A stretch of 64,000 nt of DNA from Octopus bimaculoides (Eukaryota): contig NC_068987.1 in NCBI RefSeq assembly GCF_001194135.2, positions 2,411,888 through 2,475,887 on the forward strand. Direction: 5' to 3'. The notes beneath the pieces were generated by a model. That model searched no databases. It was not told where the DNA came from and saw only the letters and a list, made by a program, of their open reading frames with translations. The position numbers and the translations under genes are program-made. Every line of letters begins with the position of its first letter. Position 1 is the first letter of the stretch. Shown piece by piece: positions 41,801 through 54,878 of the stretch.

Positions 41801-41874
41801 ATTATTATTATCATCATCATCATCATCATCATTATTATTATTATTATTATTGTTCTTACCATCATTATTATTAA

Positions 41875-42090
41875 GGCGGCGAGATGGCAGAATCGTTAGC
41901 TCGCTGAGCAAAATGCTTAGCGGTATTTCGCCCGTCTTTACGTCTTTGAGTTCAAATTCCACAGAGATCGACTTTACCTTTTATCCTATCGAGGTTGATA
42001 AATTAAGTACCAGTTGAACATTGGGGTCGATGTAATCGACTAGTCCCCTTCTCCAAAATTTTCAGGGCCTTGTGCCTAGAGAAGAAATAA
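41875..42090 (+). mobile_element. SINE family B, full length
   Basis: AAGGCGGCGAGATGGCAGAATCGTTAG..GAGTTCAAATTCC..GATAAATTAAGTACCAG.. Confidence 0.93.
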
Positions 42091-42097
42091 TAATAAC

Positions 42098-42143
<46 letters not shown>

Positions 42144-42306
42144 GCTGCTGCTACTGCTGCTGCCGATGACTACGGTGTTGCTGTTATCATGAAGTCAATA
42201 TGTAATTATATCACAGGCAAAATGATATAACTCTTACATAATCTTTCATGATTCGCTGACCTTTCACTAAGAAAATTACGAAATACTAGTTTTTAAATTA
42301 ATATAA

Positions 42307-42369
<63 letters not shown>

Positions 42370-43058
42370 NNNNNNNNNNATTATTATTATTATTATTATT
42401 ATTATCATCCTGATTATTATTATTGGTGTTTTTATGTTCTTATATTACTATTATAAAATTACTTCTGCTACTACAACTCTTAATGATTTAAACATTACGA
42501 ACTTTATTTAATATTAACATAAACACTCATTATTTAATATTCTCGTTCCTTTTTTTCTTTTTTCTTTTTTGTCGTGTCCTTTTCCATTTTCTTTCCCCAT
42601 TCTGTTTCGAATCAGTTTCATCGGTATTTAAATCTACCAGACTCCTCCTCTCCTCAGACAACTTTCCTTTCTTCCTTTTTCCCTCTTACCCTGCATGTGT
42701 GTGTATGTGTGTGTGTGGAGTGTATATAAAATATCATTGCTCCGTCTCTCTGAGTCTTTCTCGGTTTTTCTCTCTCTCTCTCTCCTTTCTTCAATTTATA
42801 CTCACACACACATACATATGCACATATATATATGTATACGCATATATGCATATGCATATATATATGCATGTATGCATATATATATGTGTGTGTGTGTGTA
42901 TTGTTGTTGCTATTGTATATGTTTTCGCTGTTAATTCAATTCTGTCACCGATAACACCGACGCCATATTTCTATAATTTAATCTTCATATTTATTCACAC
43001 ATTGCTGACATCATTGAATACTTAATAATTAATACTCTCTCTCTATGTATTTACCAAT

Positions 43059-43109
<51 letters not shown>

Positions 43110-44331
43110 GTAGTAGTAGTTTTGGCTGTGGTTGTGGTGATGCTACTTGTGTTATTAATGTTGATGGAAGTGATGATCGTGGTGGTGATGGTGGTGGTGG
43201 TGGTGGTGNNNNNNNNNNCTGGTGTTGGTGCTGGTGATGTTAATGGGTGTGGTGGTATTGATGATGATGGTACTGTTGTTGCCGTTATTGTTGTTGTTGT
43301 TGGTGGTGGTGGTGGTGGTGGTGGATGTGATGGTCATGTTACTGCTGTTAGCTGTGTAGGTCATGGTTGTGTTGGAGGTGGTGGTGGTGGTGGTGGTGGT
43401 GGTGATGATGGTGGTGACGGTATATTACGTCAACGGTGGTCCAGCGCCAAATACATTTTACAAACAACGTCATTTCTCTTCAGTCTCGTATTTCGTTTTC
43501 TTATTTACGCCATTTTGTTTTTATTCTTAATCCTCCCCTTCTTTCTTGTTCTCCCTCTCTTTCTTGCTCTCTATCCTTTTCTCTCTCAAAAGTAATTCAC
43601 TCCCTCCACCCCCAGCGCCCTGCCCCCAGTAAATGTCATCAAAATAAAGAAACGTTATAGAAATCACATTGTCAACACCAGTAACACACACTGAAGGAGT
43701 GACAAAATACTAAAATAATATCAGATTGGTTGTTTGACAGTTATAGGCAGACGCACAGACAGACAAAGGCACACTGGCAGATTTATTGAGTGACACAGTG
43801 ACATACTGTGACAGTGTGACAGTGTCACAACGACATGGTTAATACCCCACCCCTCCCAATTTCTGTGACAGTAGATTAGAAACGTCAAGTTGTCTGAGGA
43901 GAGTCGCATTTTCTTAAGACTTCCTCAAAATAGGTTTAAGTCTGCGATTGTTGGACACAGAGTAAAATAATGAAGCGAAGGTGTGTGAATTATTTCATTT
44001 TTATTCTAATGTTGTGATGATGGACACAGAATATGTACGTGTGTATATAGGCACCAATATTTACTGGAAATAGCAATCGATACATTTACGACGCTATTGT
44101 AAAGCTCCACTGCGTACATATTGGCAAAGACGTGTGAGTGCAACAGAAGCGTTGCAGGAGATTCCGAAGTCGTCTGGAAACCGTGGTTGAAGCCAATGGA
44201 GATCTTATTGAATAAATTTACTCTTTAGTATTTCAAGATATTTTTATGTAATTTTGGTAAATATATCTGATAAAATGAGATACCAGTGTTATTTTCATTC
44301 TTACGTAATTTAGACAATTCATTCACCACAC

Positions 44332-44396
<65 letters not shown>

Positions 44397-44405
44397 ATGC
44401 ATATA

Positions 44406-44677
44406 CTCTTCTACACTTACTTGTTTCAGTCATTTGAATGCGGCCATGCCGCAGCACTGCCCTTAGTCGAACTCTTTGTAAGCCTAGTATCAATTCTATC
44501 GCAATCTAAGTTACGGAGACGTAAACACACTAACATCGGTTGTCAAACGATGGTGGGGTAACAAACACAGACACACAAATACATAGAAGACACTTGCCCA
44601 AGATGCCACGTTGTGAGACTGAACCCGGAATCATGTGGTTGGGAAGCAAACTTCTTACCACACTGCTACTTCTGCGC
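44406..44677 (-). mobile_element. SINE family A with internal deletion
   Basis: Tail TACTTGTTTCAGTCATTTG..GCGGCCATG, linker, then directly AGAAGACACTTGCCCAAG head. Confidence 0.9.
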
Positions 44678-44724
44678 ACATTTATGTGTGTATGTGTGTG
44701 CGCGTGTGCGCGCGCGTGTGTGTG

Positions 44725-44761
<37 letters not shown>

Positions 44762-44934
44762 NNNNNNNNNNNNNNNNNNNNNNNNNNNNNNNNNNNNNNN
44801 NNNNNNNNNNNNNNNNNNNNNNNNNNNNNNNNNNNNNNNNNNNNNNNNNNNNNNNNNNNNNNNNNNNNNNNNNNNNNNNNNNNNNNATACATACATACAT
44901 ACATACATACATACATACATACACACACACACAG

Positions 44935-45062
44935 AGTTTTAGTTTCCGTCTACGAAAACCACTCACAAAGCCTTGGTAGCCCCGATGCCATAGTAGAAAA
45001 TATTTGCCCAAGGTGCCACGCAGTGGGACTGAACCCGGAATGTTGCGGTTGGGAAGTAAAAT
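44935..45062 (-). mobile_element. SINE family A, 5' half
   Basis: AGTTTCCGTCTAC..CACTCACAAAGCCTTGG..TTGCCCAAGGTGCCACGCAGTGGGACTGAACCCGGAA. Confidence 0.9.
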
Positions 45063-45472
45063 TTTTGTGTTGTTTATAACGGTGAGGATGATGATGATGA
45101 TTGCTGTTGTTGTTGACGTCGTTGCTATCAATGCTGTTATCGTTTTTACAAAAGGCAAAATAAATATTAAAAAGTAAAAACGAAAAAAAGGAGAAAAAAA
45201 TGTTCCGCGAAGAAGGAAATACAGCGAACTGTTCAACGATGCATAAATTTGTTAAGGATGACTGCGTAAGGGGATCTTATGTTTGTTCATCCAGGCATAA
45301 CCTTCAGCCCATCTAGGAATTGTTAAATCTCTTTGTATTCCCTCTATTTACATAGGGGCCTTCTACCCGGAAATCTAGCGGCGATGTACGGCCAGCGTTG
45401 ACGACATTGTTGCGAGCAGGTACGAACAGGTAGATAGATAGATNNNNNNNNNNNNNNNNNNNNNNNNNNNNN

Positions 45473-45511
<39 letters not shown>

Positions 45512-46085
45512 GGAGGGGATACAAAGATCAAAGTCGGACCCTTTTCCCTTAAATTATGCTTATTCGGATTGTTTTCTGCTGTTGAGAACTTGGGAAAGGA
45601 TCGAAACTCCCCTTTGGTGCATGTGACGCTGTATGTGGCGGTGGCGGAGGCGGCGGGGAAGGTCACTTCTGGCTGGTCTTTTTCGTACAAAGAAGAAAAA
45701 GGAAGAGAAAGATTTCCATTAAAAAGTAAATATAATGGAGTAAAAAAAAACAACAAATAAATGAAGGAAAAACCTTATTGAAATTGTGTCAATAAGGCTG
45801 ACCTGGGTACTTTTAAATCCTTTAGCTGGTCCTTTGGGTTTTTACGCAGAGATGTGAGAAAAGGGGTGGGACTATTTCTTGGGGGTCTGTTGATTAGAAT
45901 AGGGACACGTCTTGTTCAAGTTGGCTGCTCCTTTGAAATATATTATTTGGGGAAAGGTTTAGAAAGTAAATATAAAAGCAGGTGGATAAACGGGTGGCGG
46001 TGCAGAATCGGTTTAGAAATATAATACATCACGTTTATTAATTGAAACAAATTTTTACACGTGTGGAAGCAACTATACAAACATC

Positions 46086-46537
46086 ATGATCATCACTATA
46101 ATCATCATCATCACCATCATCACCATCATCCACATCATCGTTTTCAACCTCATTACCACCATCATCACTATCACCATTAAACTTAATCATCATAAGGCCA
46201 CCACCATCATCATCATCATCATCATTATCATTGCCATTATTGTCATCATGAACCTCACCCCCATCATCCTCAGGTTTAAAAAACAAAGTGCAATAACCCA
46301 GTACTCAATTATTCACTTATTGTTTATGATAATGGTGATAATGATGTGGATGGTGATGATGGTGATGGTGATGGTGATGGTAGTGGTGGTGGTGGTGGCG
46401 GTGGTGGTAAACATGATGATGATGACGACGATGGTGATCATGATGATGACGATGAACATGAGGATGTTGCTGATGGTGATGTTGCTGATGATGATGGCGA
46501 TGATGGTGATCATGATGGTGATGATGATAATGACGAC

Positions 46538-46609
<72 letters not shown>

Positions 46610-46650
46610 GATGATGATGATGATGACGACGACGATGATGATCTTTATCA
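46086..46650. repeat. Head-to-head (CAT/CAC)n and (GAT/GGT)n trinucleotide arrays
   Basis: ATC-rich 46086-46270, about 55-nt spacer, GAT-rich 46325-46650. Confidence 0.9.
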
Positions 46651-47640
46651 TGTTGACGGACAAACTGTAAATGTTGTTGAAAGAGGATTGTTTCAGGTAC
46701 GAAACGTTAATAAAAATTACATCAAAAATATGTTTTAAGTCAGGATTACAGTATCAAACGATTAAAGTGGCAGGATTATCGCTGATAAAATTAAAACTAT
46801 ATTTATTTGTCGATCAGAAAAGGAACATGCTCTGAAGCAGTCCCAAATTCAGTTTGAGTCGAGGCCGTAGGCAATGAATGCGCATCAGTGACACGGTTGC
46901 AGTTGGTGCAACGAAGAGGCTGACACCAAAGAGTAAATGCTTAAGTGAAGTCGATAGTTATCGTGTGTTTTTGAATGACCAATGTCTGTCCTTCATGCTG
47001 AGACATTGTCCGAGGTCAATTCGCTTGCCGCAAAGCAAGACCGAAATGTTTTACTAATTTTAGGTCAACGCTCCAACTCACATAACTGGACTCACCCCAC
47101 CCCCATCCCACCCCCACACACTATTTTATGGAAACCGAAAAAGTTTCCCGTAACCATTCATCAGACGGTTGCGATGATAAACTAGTAAAAAGTTTTAGAA
47201 ATTGTGAGGATGTATAAACATTACAGATACCAATTCAACGAACAATTTATATATACATAAGCACCATTTATATTCTTTACGTATCTGGGTTCTGCTTTCT
47301 TCATGTAACGCTTCATTTCGTCAGGGAGTTTCAAACTCTTGCAGATTCTCCTACAGAAATAACCTACTTCTGTCTTCTCTTGGATACGAATACATTGTGA
47401 TTTGGTTAGCGGCGGCTCGGCACACAGCAGGAAGTTTTTTGCGAGGGGGGAAAATACTGACTATTAATCTCTCTCCCTCTCCCTTCTTCCGTCTCACACA
47501 CACTCACGCATCTATCCAATGATCCATTTATCCATGCATGACTACATACACATACACAAGCACACACACACATGAATACTGATATTTTCATATACGTACA
47601 CACATCCTTGTATACATCCATCCATCCATACATACATACA

Positions 47641-47672
<32 letters not shown>

Positions 47673-47676
47673 AATA

Positions 47677-48090
47677 CAGGGTGAGGAAAAGTAAGTAGGC
47701 ATTAAAAATTGGTTATAAAATCCATATTCCTTTTACAAATTTATTGAAACAAATGATGCATGTTCTTTATTACATGGGAAAATGAAAGTAAATCTTCATA
47801 TTTCAACATAAGCACCGGTGGCGTCAACCAGTTTCCTCAAACGGCCAAGGATGGAATGAACATCCTTCTGAAGGATGTTGTCTGGCATATCATTGAGGAC
47901 CTCCTGAATCCGTTTCTCCAAATCCTCCAGTATGCAAAATTTTGTCTTGTACACCTCTTTTGTGTAACCCTACAGGTAAAAATCACATGGAGTGAGATCT
48001 GGACTTCTTGGAGTCCTGGAATTCTGCGGTCACAGTCTTCAGGTTTTAACTCGTGCTCATAATGCGATTTCCACGGACGAAAATTCATTT
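47677..48090 (-). mobile_element. Internally deleted Tc1/mariner-superfamily remnant (DDxD, maT/DD37D-like)
   Basis: TA-CAGGGTG terminus at 47675-47683; minus strand TPRSPDLTPCDFYL*GY..VY..LEDLEKRIQEV..LRKLVDATGAYVEI* (stop 47796) joined to PWKSHYEHELKPEDCDRR. Confidence 0.85.
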
Positions 48091-48139
48091 CTTTACGCAA
48101 CACCGTACGGTGGTGGTGGTTGCGGCGGCGGTGATGAAA

Positions 48140-48385
48140 CCCTGGTACTTATTCTATCGGTCTCTCTGCCGAACCGCTAAGTTGTCAAGCTATTTGTCAA
48201 GCGGCAGAGGGAGACAATATGTGTGTGTGTATAATGGGCTTCTTTCAGTTTCCGTCTACCAAATCCACTCACAAGGCTTTGGTCAGCCCGAAGCTATAGT
48301 AGAAGACATTTGCCCAAGGTGTCACGCAGTGGGACTGAACCCGGAACTATGTGGTTGAGAAGCAAATTTTTTACCACACTGCCAC
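48140..48385 (-). mobile_element. SINE family A
   Basis: GTACTTATTCTATCGGTCTCTCTGCCGAACCGCTAAG..GGGCTTCTTTCAGTTTCCGTCTACCAAATCCACTCACAAGGC. Confidence 0.92.
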
Positions 48386-48887
48386 CCAACCACGCAAACA
48401 AGATTTAGAAACACAAAAAATTCTGGATTGATAGAAATCGTAGAGATTTGGGTTTAACATTAATATGTTCCAGTTTTGAGTCTCACTTTGCTGGTGGAGA
48501 TACCTTCTGCTCGGGATTTGCTTCAATCCCTATCGCCCTCTCCTCTAAATGTTTTGGGCTCACTGCCAGCGTAAGAAATTATTATGTATAAACGAATGTA
48601 CTTAAAGAAGAATCTTTATTAACAGACAAAGGAAGTGGAACTAGTTTAAGCATCGTTCTTTTTATTAATTCTGGTTTCCTTGTGAATTAAACAGCGGTTA
48701 ATCCTCCCGTATCTGACTAATCTTTTAGTTTAATGCTTTCTCGCTAATTGCTTCATATTCAACAAAGAACACACAAAAAGAAAAGAAACAGGAAAAAAAA
48801 ACTATTAGTATTTTTAGTTCGTATTTATTGTGTGGAAGATCTCACTGGAGATATTCTTCCGCCGATCACTTTCCGTTTAAACATTCA

Positions 48888-48936
48888 ACCGGAAATGACG
48901 ATAAAAATACGTTAGAGTGTTGAAACAACTTCCGGT
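48888..48936. promoter_or_regulatory. Inverted pair of ETS-type motifs
   Basis: ACCGGAAAT at 48888-48896 and ACTTCCGGT at 48928-48936 in unique sequence. Confidence 0.3.
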
Positions 48937-49061
48937 AAAAAATGACAATTATCAATGCATACTAGAGTCTTCTTTATTTCCTTGCAATTTTTCATTTTCT
49001 GCAGCTTTATTTCTGTAAACAAAGAGAACGCTTACATTTATAACTTAGCCTAACGTACATA

Positions 49062-49746
49062 TTAGGTTGGCAACGAAGTTTCCGCTGTTTTTATAAATTT
49101 TAATTTTTTTTTTTTAGGTTTAATAAAAAATAACAACTAATTAATCAATAATGTATTCACCCTAGTTGTTTACAACTTCTTCCCAACGTTCAACAAGATT
49201 TTCAATACCTCGTTGGTAGAAATCACCCGATTTCGACCCGAAAAATTGATCCAACCAAGCTCTCAGTTCTGCATCAATATTGAGCGAAACTTTGCGCATA
49301 CTATTTGAAAGAGATCCAAAGAGGTGGAAATCCGTTTGTGCCAAATCAGGAGAGTACGGTGGATGTGGCAGCACTTCCCAGCTATGCGTTTGAATGGCTT
49401 CCTTGGTCATTTTGAACGAGGTGCGTCTTTGAGGTCAAAATTTCCATTTTTGAACTTGGCATACCAATCACGAGCTATGGCACCCTCTCCATACACAGCA
49501 CGAATGTCGCGAGCAGCTTTTGCGGCCTTAGAACCTTGATCAAAAGCAAAAAAGGAGGTGTCGAAAATGCTCGTTTTTCTTAACTTGACATTCCATTTTA
49601 ATGTTCTGAAAATAAACAAAACTTAACTAAAATCAACTAGAAAAAACAAAAACAAAATAGATTCCGAAATGATTCTAAAATAGAATTCTCGAAAAAATAG
49701 ATTCTGAAATTTTAAAAAAACGGCGGGAACTTAGTTGCCAACCTAA
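49062..49746 (-). mobile_element. Non-autonomous mariner (685-bp internal deletion derivative) with both TIRs and TA target duplication
   Basis: TIRs TTAGGTTGGCAAC(G/T)AAGTT(T/C)CCGC(T/C)GTTT; TA at 49060-49061 and 49747-49748; N-terminal HTH (GSKAAKAARDI..WYAKFKNGNFDLKDAPRS) fused at about 49412 to WEVLPHPPYSPDLAQTDFHLF. Confidence 0.96.
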
Positions 49747-50481
49747 TAATTTGTCTTCTCAACTAAACCAGTTTTGTGCTAAGTTGATGAAGAGTAAAAA
49801 TGGGTGGAGACAGCAGGTAAGGCTGGGGAATAAAATATTTTTAAATTATGAGTAAAAGAAAGAAAATATATTTAAATATATAAATAAAAGTAAAGCTATT
49901 TGAAGCAAGTGTATCAGAAAACTTNNNNNNNNNNNNNNNNNNNNNNNNNNNNNNNNNNNNNNNNNNNNNNNNNNNNNNNNNNNNNNNNNNNNNNNNNNNN
50001 NNNNNNNNNNNNNNNNNNNNNNNNNNNNNNNNNNNNNNNNNNNNNNNNNNNNNNNNNNNNNNNNNNNNNNNNNNNNNNNNNNNNNNNNNNNNNNNNNNNN
50101 NNNNNNNNNNNNNNNNNNNNNNNNNNNNNNNNNNNNNNNNNNNNNNNNNNNNNNNNNNNNNNNNNNNNNNNNNNNNNNNNNNNNNNNNNNNNNNNNNNNN
50201 NNNNNNNNNNNNNNNNNNNNNNNNNNNNNNNNNNNNNNNNNNNNNNNNNNNNNNNNNNNNNNNNNNNNNNNNNNNNNNNNNNNNNNNNNNNNNNNNNNNN
50301 NNNNNNNNNNNNNNNNNNNNNNNNNNNNNNNNNNNNNNNNNNAATTATGTTTACGTAGACGTGTGTGAACGTTGATGTATGCATGTATGTATGTATGAAT
50401 AGGCAGATGGGCTTTTGTGAACTTTTACACCCATATGCAGACACAGCTATGGTATTATCTGTGCCTTATGTACGTTAATAT

Positions 50482-50520
<39 letters not shown>

Positions 50521-51444
50521 CTTACATACATATATGCACATACATACATATATATATATGTATTGGTGTGATGTTTTATCACTGTACAATTGTGAGTATG
50601 GAGCCTTCCACGTGTAACAGGGAGCGATGAAGCGGCACATAGCTCACTTTAAAACAGACATTTTGCATCGTAGTGCCAGGGGCAGTTTTAAGTGAGTTGA
50701 TATGAAAAGGATTTAAACTAACCCAGGATAAAGTGATGGTATTAGATAGGATGATAGACTAAGTCTATGACTTAGGAATGGATAGGGTCTCTCAGGTTTC
50801 CACAAGGACTAAAGTCCTTAGCAGAAGGTATTTGTCCAATATGCCGTGTAGTGGAACCGAAACCCAAACTCGGGGGTTTATTGCAGCAAAGTTAATAGTT
50901 AAACATGAACAAACTACAACAATAGCTCCGAAGAATTTTTGTTGCTTGTTTTTTTTTTGTTCCTAAAATTTCAAATGTTCGCATAGAATCTTATTCATAC
51001 GACAGGCTGAGATTTGAACTTTTGTTCGTTTTTTTTTTTACCACAGAGTGTGAAAGAGTCCCCGAGATAACACCAAAATAATTGTCACAATACCTATAAA
51101 CATTTATCAAAGAATCTAGATTCCTCTTCATCTCAAAGATTATCAAGTAGGACGGCCATCCTTCAGAGAATCTTCAATTCCTAACCCCTACTGTCAGATT
51201 GAAACAGATTATGTCAAGGATCTTGTCGTCCCACATTCCGCGATTATTTCTGACATTTTATCTTCTTATTTAGTCTTGCGAATCCTTCCTTTGTACCAGA
51301 ACAGAATCGCGAGAGAACCAACAAAATAGAAATTAATATATAGTCACACAGATAATATACAGTTCTCATAGTAGTGCAGCGGGTTTGTTTTTATTTAATA
51401 TATCTTAATATAATAAGATATATAAGATATTATGTATAAACAAT

Positions 51445-51526
<82 letters not shown>

Positions 51527-51892
51527 TGCTTTATTTGATAAAATTGAGATTTGCTGGATGTTCATGCTGTTTCGCTATATTCGTTTTTAACTGATTTTAT
51601 TTATATTTCATCTCTGCTTCTTTCTGACTCGACGAGAAACCGAAACAACATGATCATTATGTAAATATTTTTGCAAACATCAACAAAAAAATAAACAAGC
51701 AAACAAACAAAAGGATAATTTTCTAAATACCTTATATTTTGAGTTGTTGCTCTTACACGGTGTCTGCTGTTTCCGCCACCAGATTCTTATCACACGAACA
51801 AATACATACACCAGCATGCACACACACACACACACGCACACACACACATTTATATATCTTCCATCTTTTGTTTCAACTCATTATAATGTGGA

Positions 51893-51955
51893 GGCGCGTG
51901 GCTTAGTGGTTAATGATGCTGAAATCATGATCATACGATTATGGTTTCGATTCAT
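51893..51955 (+). mobile_element. SINE family C head
   Basis: GGCGCGTGGCTTAGTGGTT...GGTTTCGATTC. Confidence 0.75.
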
Positions 51956-51989
51956 GTAATTGAGATGGAAAATTCTTACCACACACTCA

Positions 51990-52370
51990 CGCCAGCTGTG
52001 TGTTAAGAAGCTGGCTTTCCAACAACTTGGCTCCGGTTTCAGTCCTACTGCGTGGCACCTTGGGCAAGTGTCTTCTACTATAGCCTTGGGCCGACCAAAG
52101 CGTTATGAGTGGATTTGGTAGAAGGAAACTGAAAGAAGTATATATGTGTATGTTTGTGTGTCTGTGTTTGTCCCCCACCATCGCTAGACAACCGATGTTG
52201 GTGTGTTTACGTCCCCGTAACATTAGCGGTTCGGCAAAAGAAATCGATAGAATAAGTATTAGGCTTACAAAGAATAAGCTCTGGGATCGATTTGTTCGAC
52301 TAAATGTAGCGTTCCAGCATGGCCGCAGTCAAATGACTGAAACAAGTAAAAGAATAAAATAATAAAAGAA
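51990..52370 (+). mobile_element. SINE family A, near full length
   Basis: tRNA-like head, CCTTGGGCAAGTGTCTT, TG linker, CCCCGTAACATTAGCGGTTCGGCAAAAG, tail CCAGCATGGCCGCAGTCAAATGACTGAAACAAGTAAAAGAATAAAA. Confidence 0.95.
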
Positions 52371-52488
52371 TATATATATATGTATGTATGTATTTATGTA
52401 TGTATGTATGTATGTATGTATGTATAGATAGATAGATAGATAGAACGAAAGAAAGATGATGCATATATTTATACGAACACACAGAAAC

Positions 52489-52532
<44 letters not shown>

Positions 52533-53498
52533 TGTGTGTGTGTATGTGTGTGTGCGCGCATACGTGCATGCGTGTGCACATGGAAATTTGATTGATGCTA
52601 ATGGTTCTGATGTTAGAATGGCTGAGGAATCTTGTTCTAAACAATGTTCCTGCAGCTAATAAACTATGTCAATGTCTTGCAGCAATGCACAGAACTCTCT
52701 GGTTAACAGAAAAGAATTGGCAAACATTTACCCAGAAAAACCTACATGACAGCTGTGTATATACATACACTTCCACACACACGCACACACACACACACAC
52801 ACACATGCACATACACACGCGTTTTGATGTGTGTCTGTGTGTGTGCATTTGCGTATATAGGTGTATGTGTTTTATTTATTAACATCGAGATTTACAGGCT
52901 ATTCACGCTGTTTCATTCATATTTATTGTTAGCTTTGTTCTAATTCAACGAGTCTAATGAAACCACATGACCACAGTGTGAATGTGGTGATGTGGTTTCG
53001 TTTCGTTAAAGCAAAGCAAATCCCGTTATATATATATATATATACCGGAGTAAGCACATAAATGTGAAACAAGATGGAAAAAAGAGTACTCAAATACCAG
53101 AGGTAGAGTATCAACAAAAAATCGATAATTATTCCTTACAGCTGTTTCAATTATACACAGTGATTCAATTAAATATTAAGTTTACATCTCAGAGTCTGCT
53201 GTGATGAATCTACAAACAAACATACCAAACATCTAAGGGTATATTTTTCTCTCTGAAAAAATTATGCTCAGAAATATGTGTGTATATGTGTGTGTGTGTT
53301 TGTGTGAGTGTGTGTGTTTGTTTGAGTGTGTCTATGTGTCTTGTATTTTTCATGGTGGTGTGTGTTATTGTGTGTGTGCATGCTTGTGTGTGTGTATGTA
53401 TGTGTGTGTCTGTTAGTGTTTGTTGCGATTGTTTGGATTCTATTGCGTGTATATCTATGTGTTTTTTTCTGTGAGTGTGTGTGTGATTTTTTTATGTC

Positions 53499-53938
53499 TA
53501 TAGAAAATAGACAGGGTAGAAAATTTAGAGACATTTTCTACCAGTGGCTAGCATGCATAATAGTGTCAATAGACGACATATTTTTTATATAAAAATTAGT
53601 GTACATTTTTATACAGAAATGAGGTGAACTTAACAGGACACCTTGCATACTAAAAAGAGCAGTCAAAGCCCAAACCACGGATAAGAGTAATTTCTAAGGG
53701 GATGAAAAATAAAAGCATTTTCGACAGTTACTTATGTACCTAGGTTTCAAAATCAATGAACAAATAAAATTAATTTGCCATCCGTGTCCTCATCAACATA
53801 GGCGCTAATTCACCTCTTTTGTGTATAGAAATGTACACAAATTTTATATGAAAAATATGTCGTCTATTGACTCTATTATGCATGCTAGCCACTGGTAGAA
53901 AATTTCTCTAAATTTTCTACCCTATCTATTTTTGTATA
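53499..53938. mobile_element. MITE-like element with ~130-bp terminal inverted repeats
   Basis: 53499-53630 vs 53807-53938 reverse-complementary at roughly 90 percent by eye; about 175-bp non-coding interior; target duplication obscured by flanking microsatellites. Confidence 0.85.
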
Positions 53939-53941
53939 TAC

Positions 53942-54024
<83 letters not shown>

Positions 54025-54824
54025 CACAGACATATATATATACACATATATATGCACATACACTCGTACCTACGCACACGCGCGCGCCAGAGCTATATTG
54101 ATAGTAAATGTCGGTAGCTATGTAATAAAGATACGATCCTGAAATGGCGTCCTGTTAACACCCAACCCGTGTAAATTATAATCTCTCTCCGTTATGTTAC
54201 ATACAAGGGGCGGCACCATATTTGTGTATATACATTCCTATATGTATGTGCATAATGACCGAGGAAAATTACGTAGACACGCCCGTCTGCATGGTCATCA
54301 CATAGTTAAGTGCGTTTTACTTAATGTGGTAAACCAACCATATGAGATTTTCGTAGAAATTACAAGAAAACATTGATTCGATGATTGCATCTGATGAGGG
54401 TTGATAAGGGAGACAACTTGGAAATCTTAATTCATGAGAATCAGAATTGCGCAATGGACTTGTTTAACTCCCAAATGAATTACGTTACCATTTAATTAGG
54501 TATTTTTGATTACGATTGAACTATGAGTAAATAATTTTATTAAAAACTAATTTCACTGAATTTATTAGTAACATTGTGGAACACTTTGTGAAGTGGTTTG
54601 ACCTGCTATAAGTAACAGTCAAATCATCTAAGAATCACGCTATATTCATAAAAAGGTAGCGTATATTAGAATGTTATCTTAGATACACTATTCCTGAAAA
54701 TAAAATAGAATAACTTTTACTAATACATTTTACCAGTTTGTAGCAACCCTGAGGAAATAACTAAGTAATGTTATATAGTTACTAAAAAATTTATTGTGAT
54801 TTCGAGACACCCCCCCTCCCCCTT

Positions 54825-54878
54825 CGGTCATGAATCACCATGGGATTGCACCTACAAAGTTACCCTCAGAGACACAAG
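54825..54878 (-). mobile_element. SINE family C, 3' end fragment
   Basis: CCCCTTCGGTCATGAATCACCATGGGATTGCACCTA.AAAGTTACCCTC.GAGACACAAG. Confidence 0.85.
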
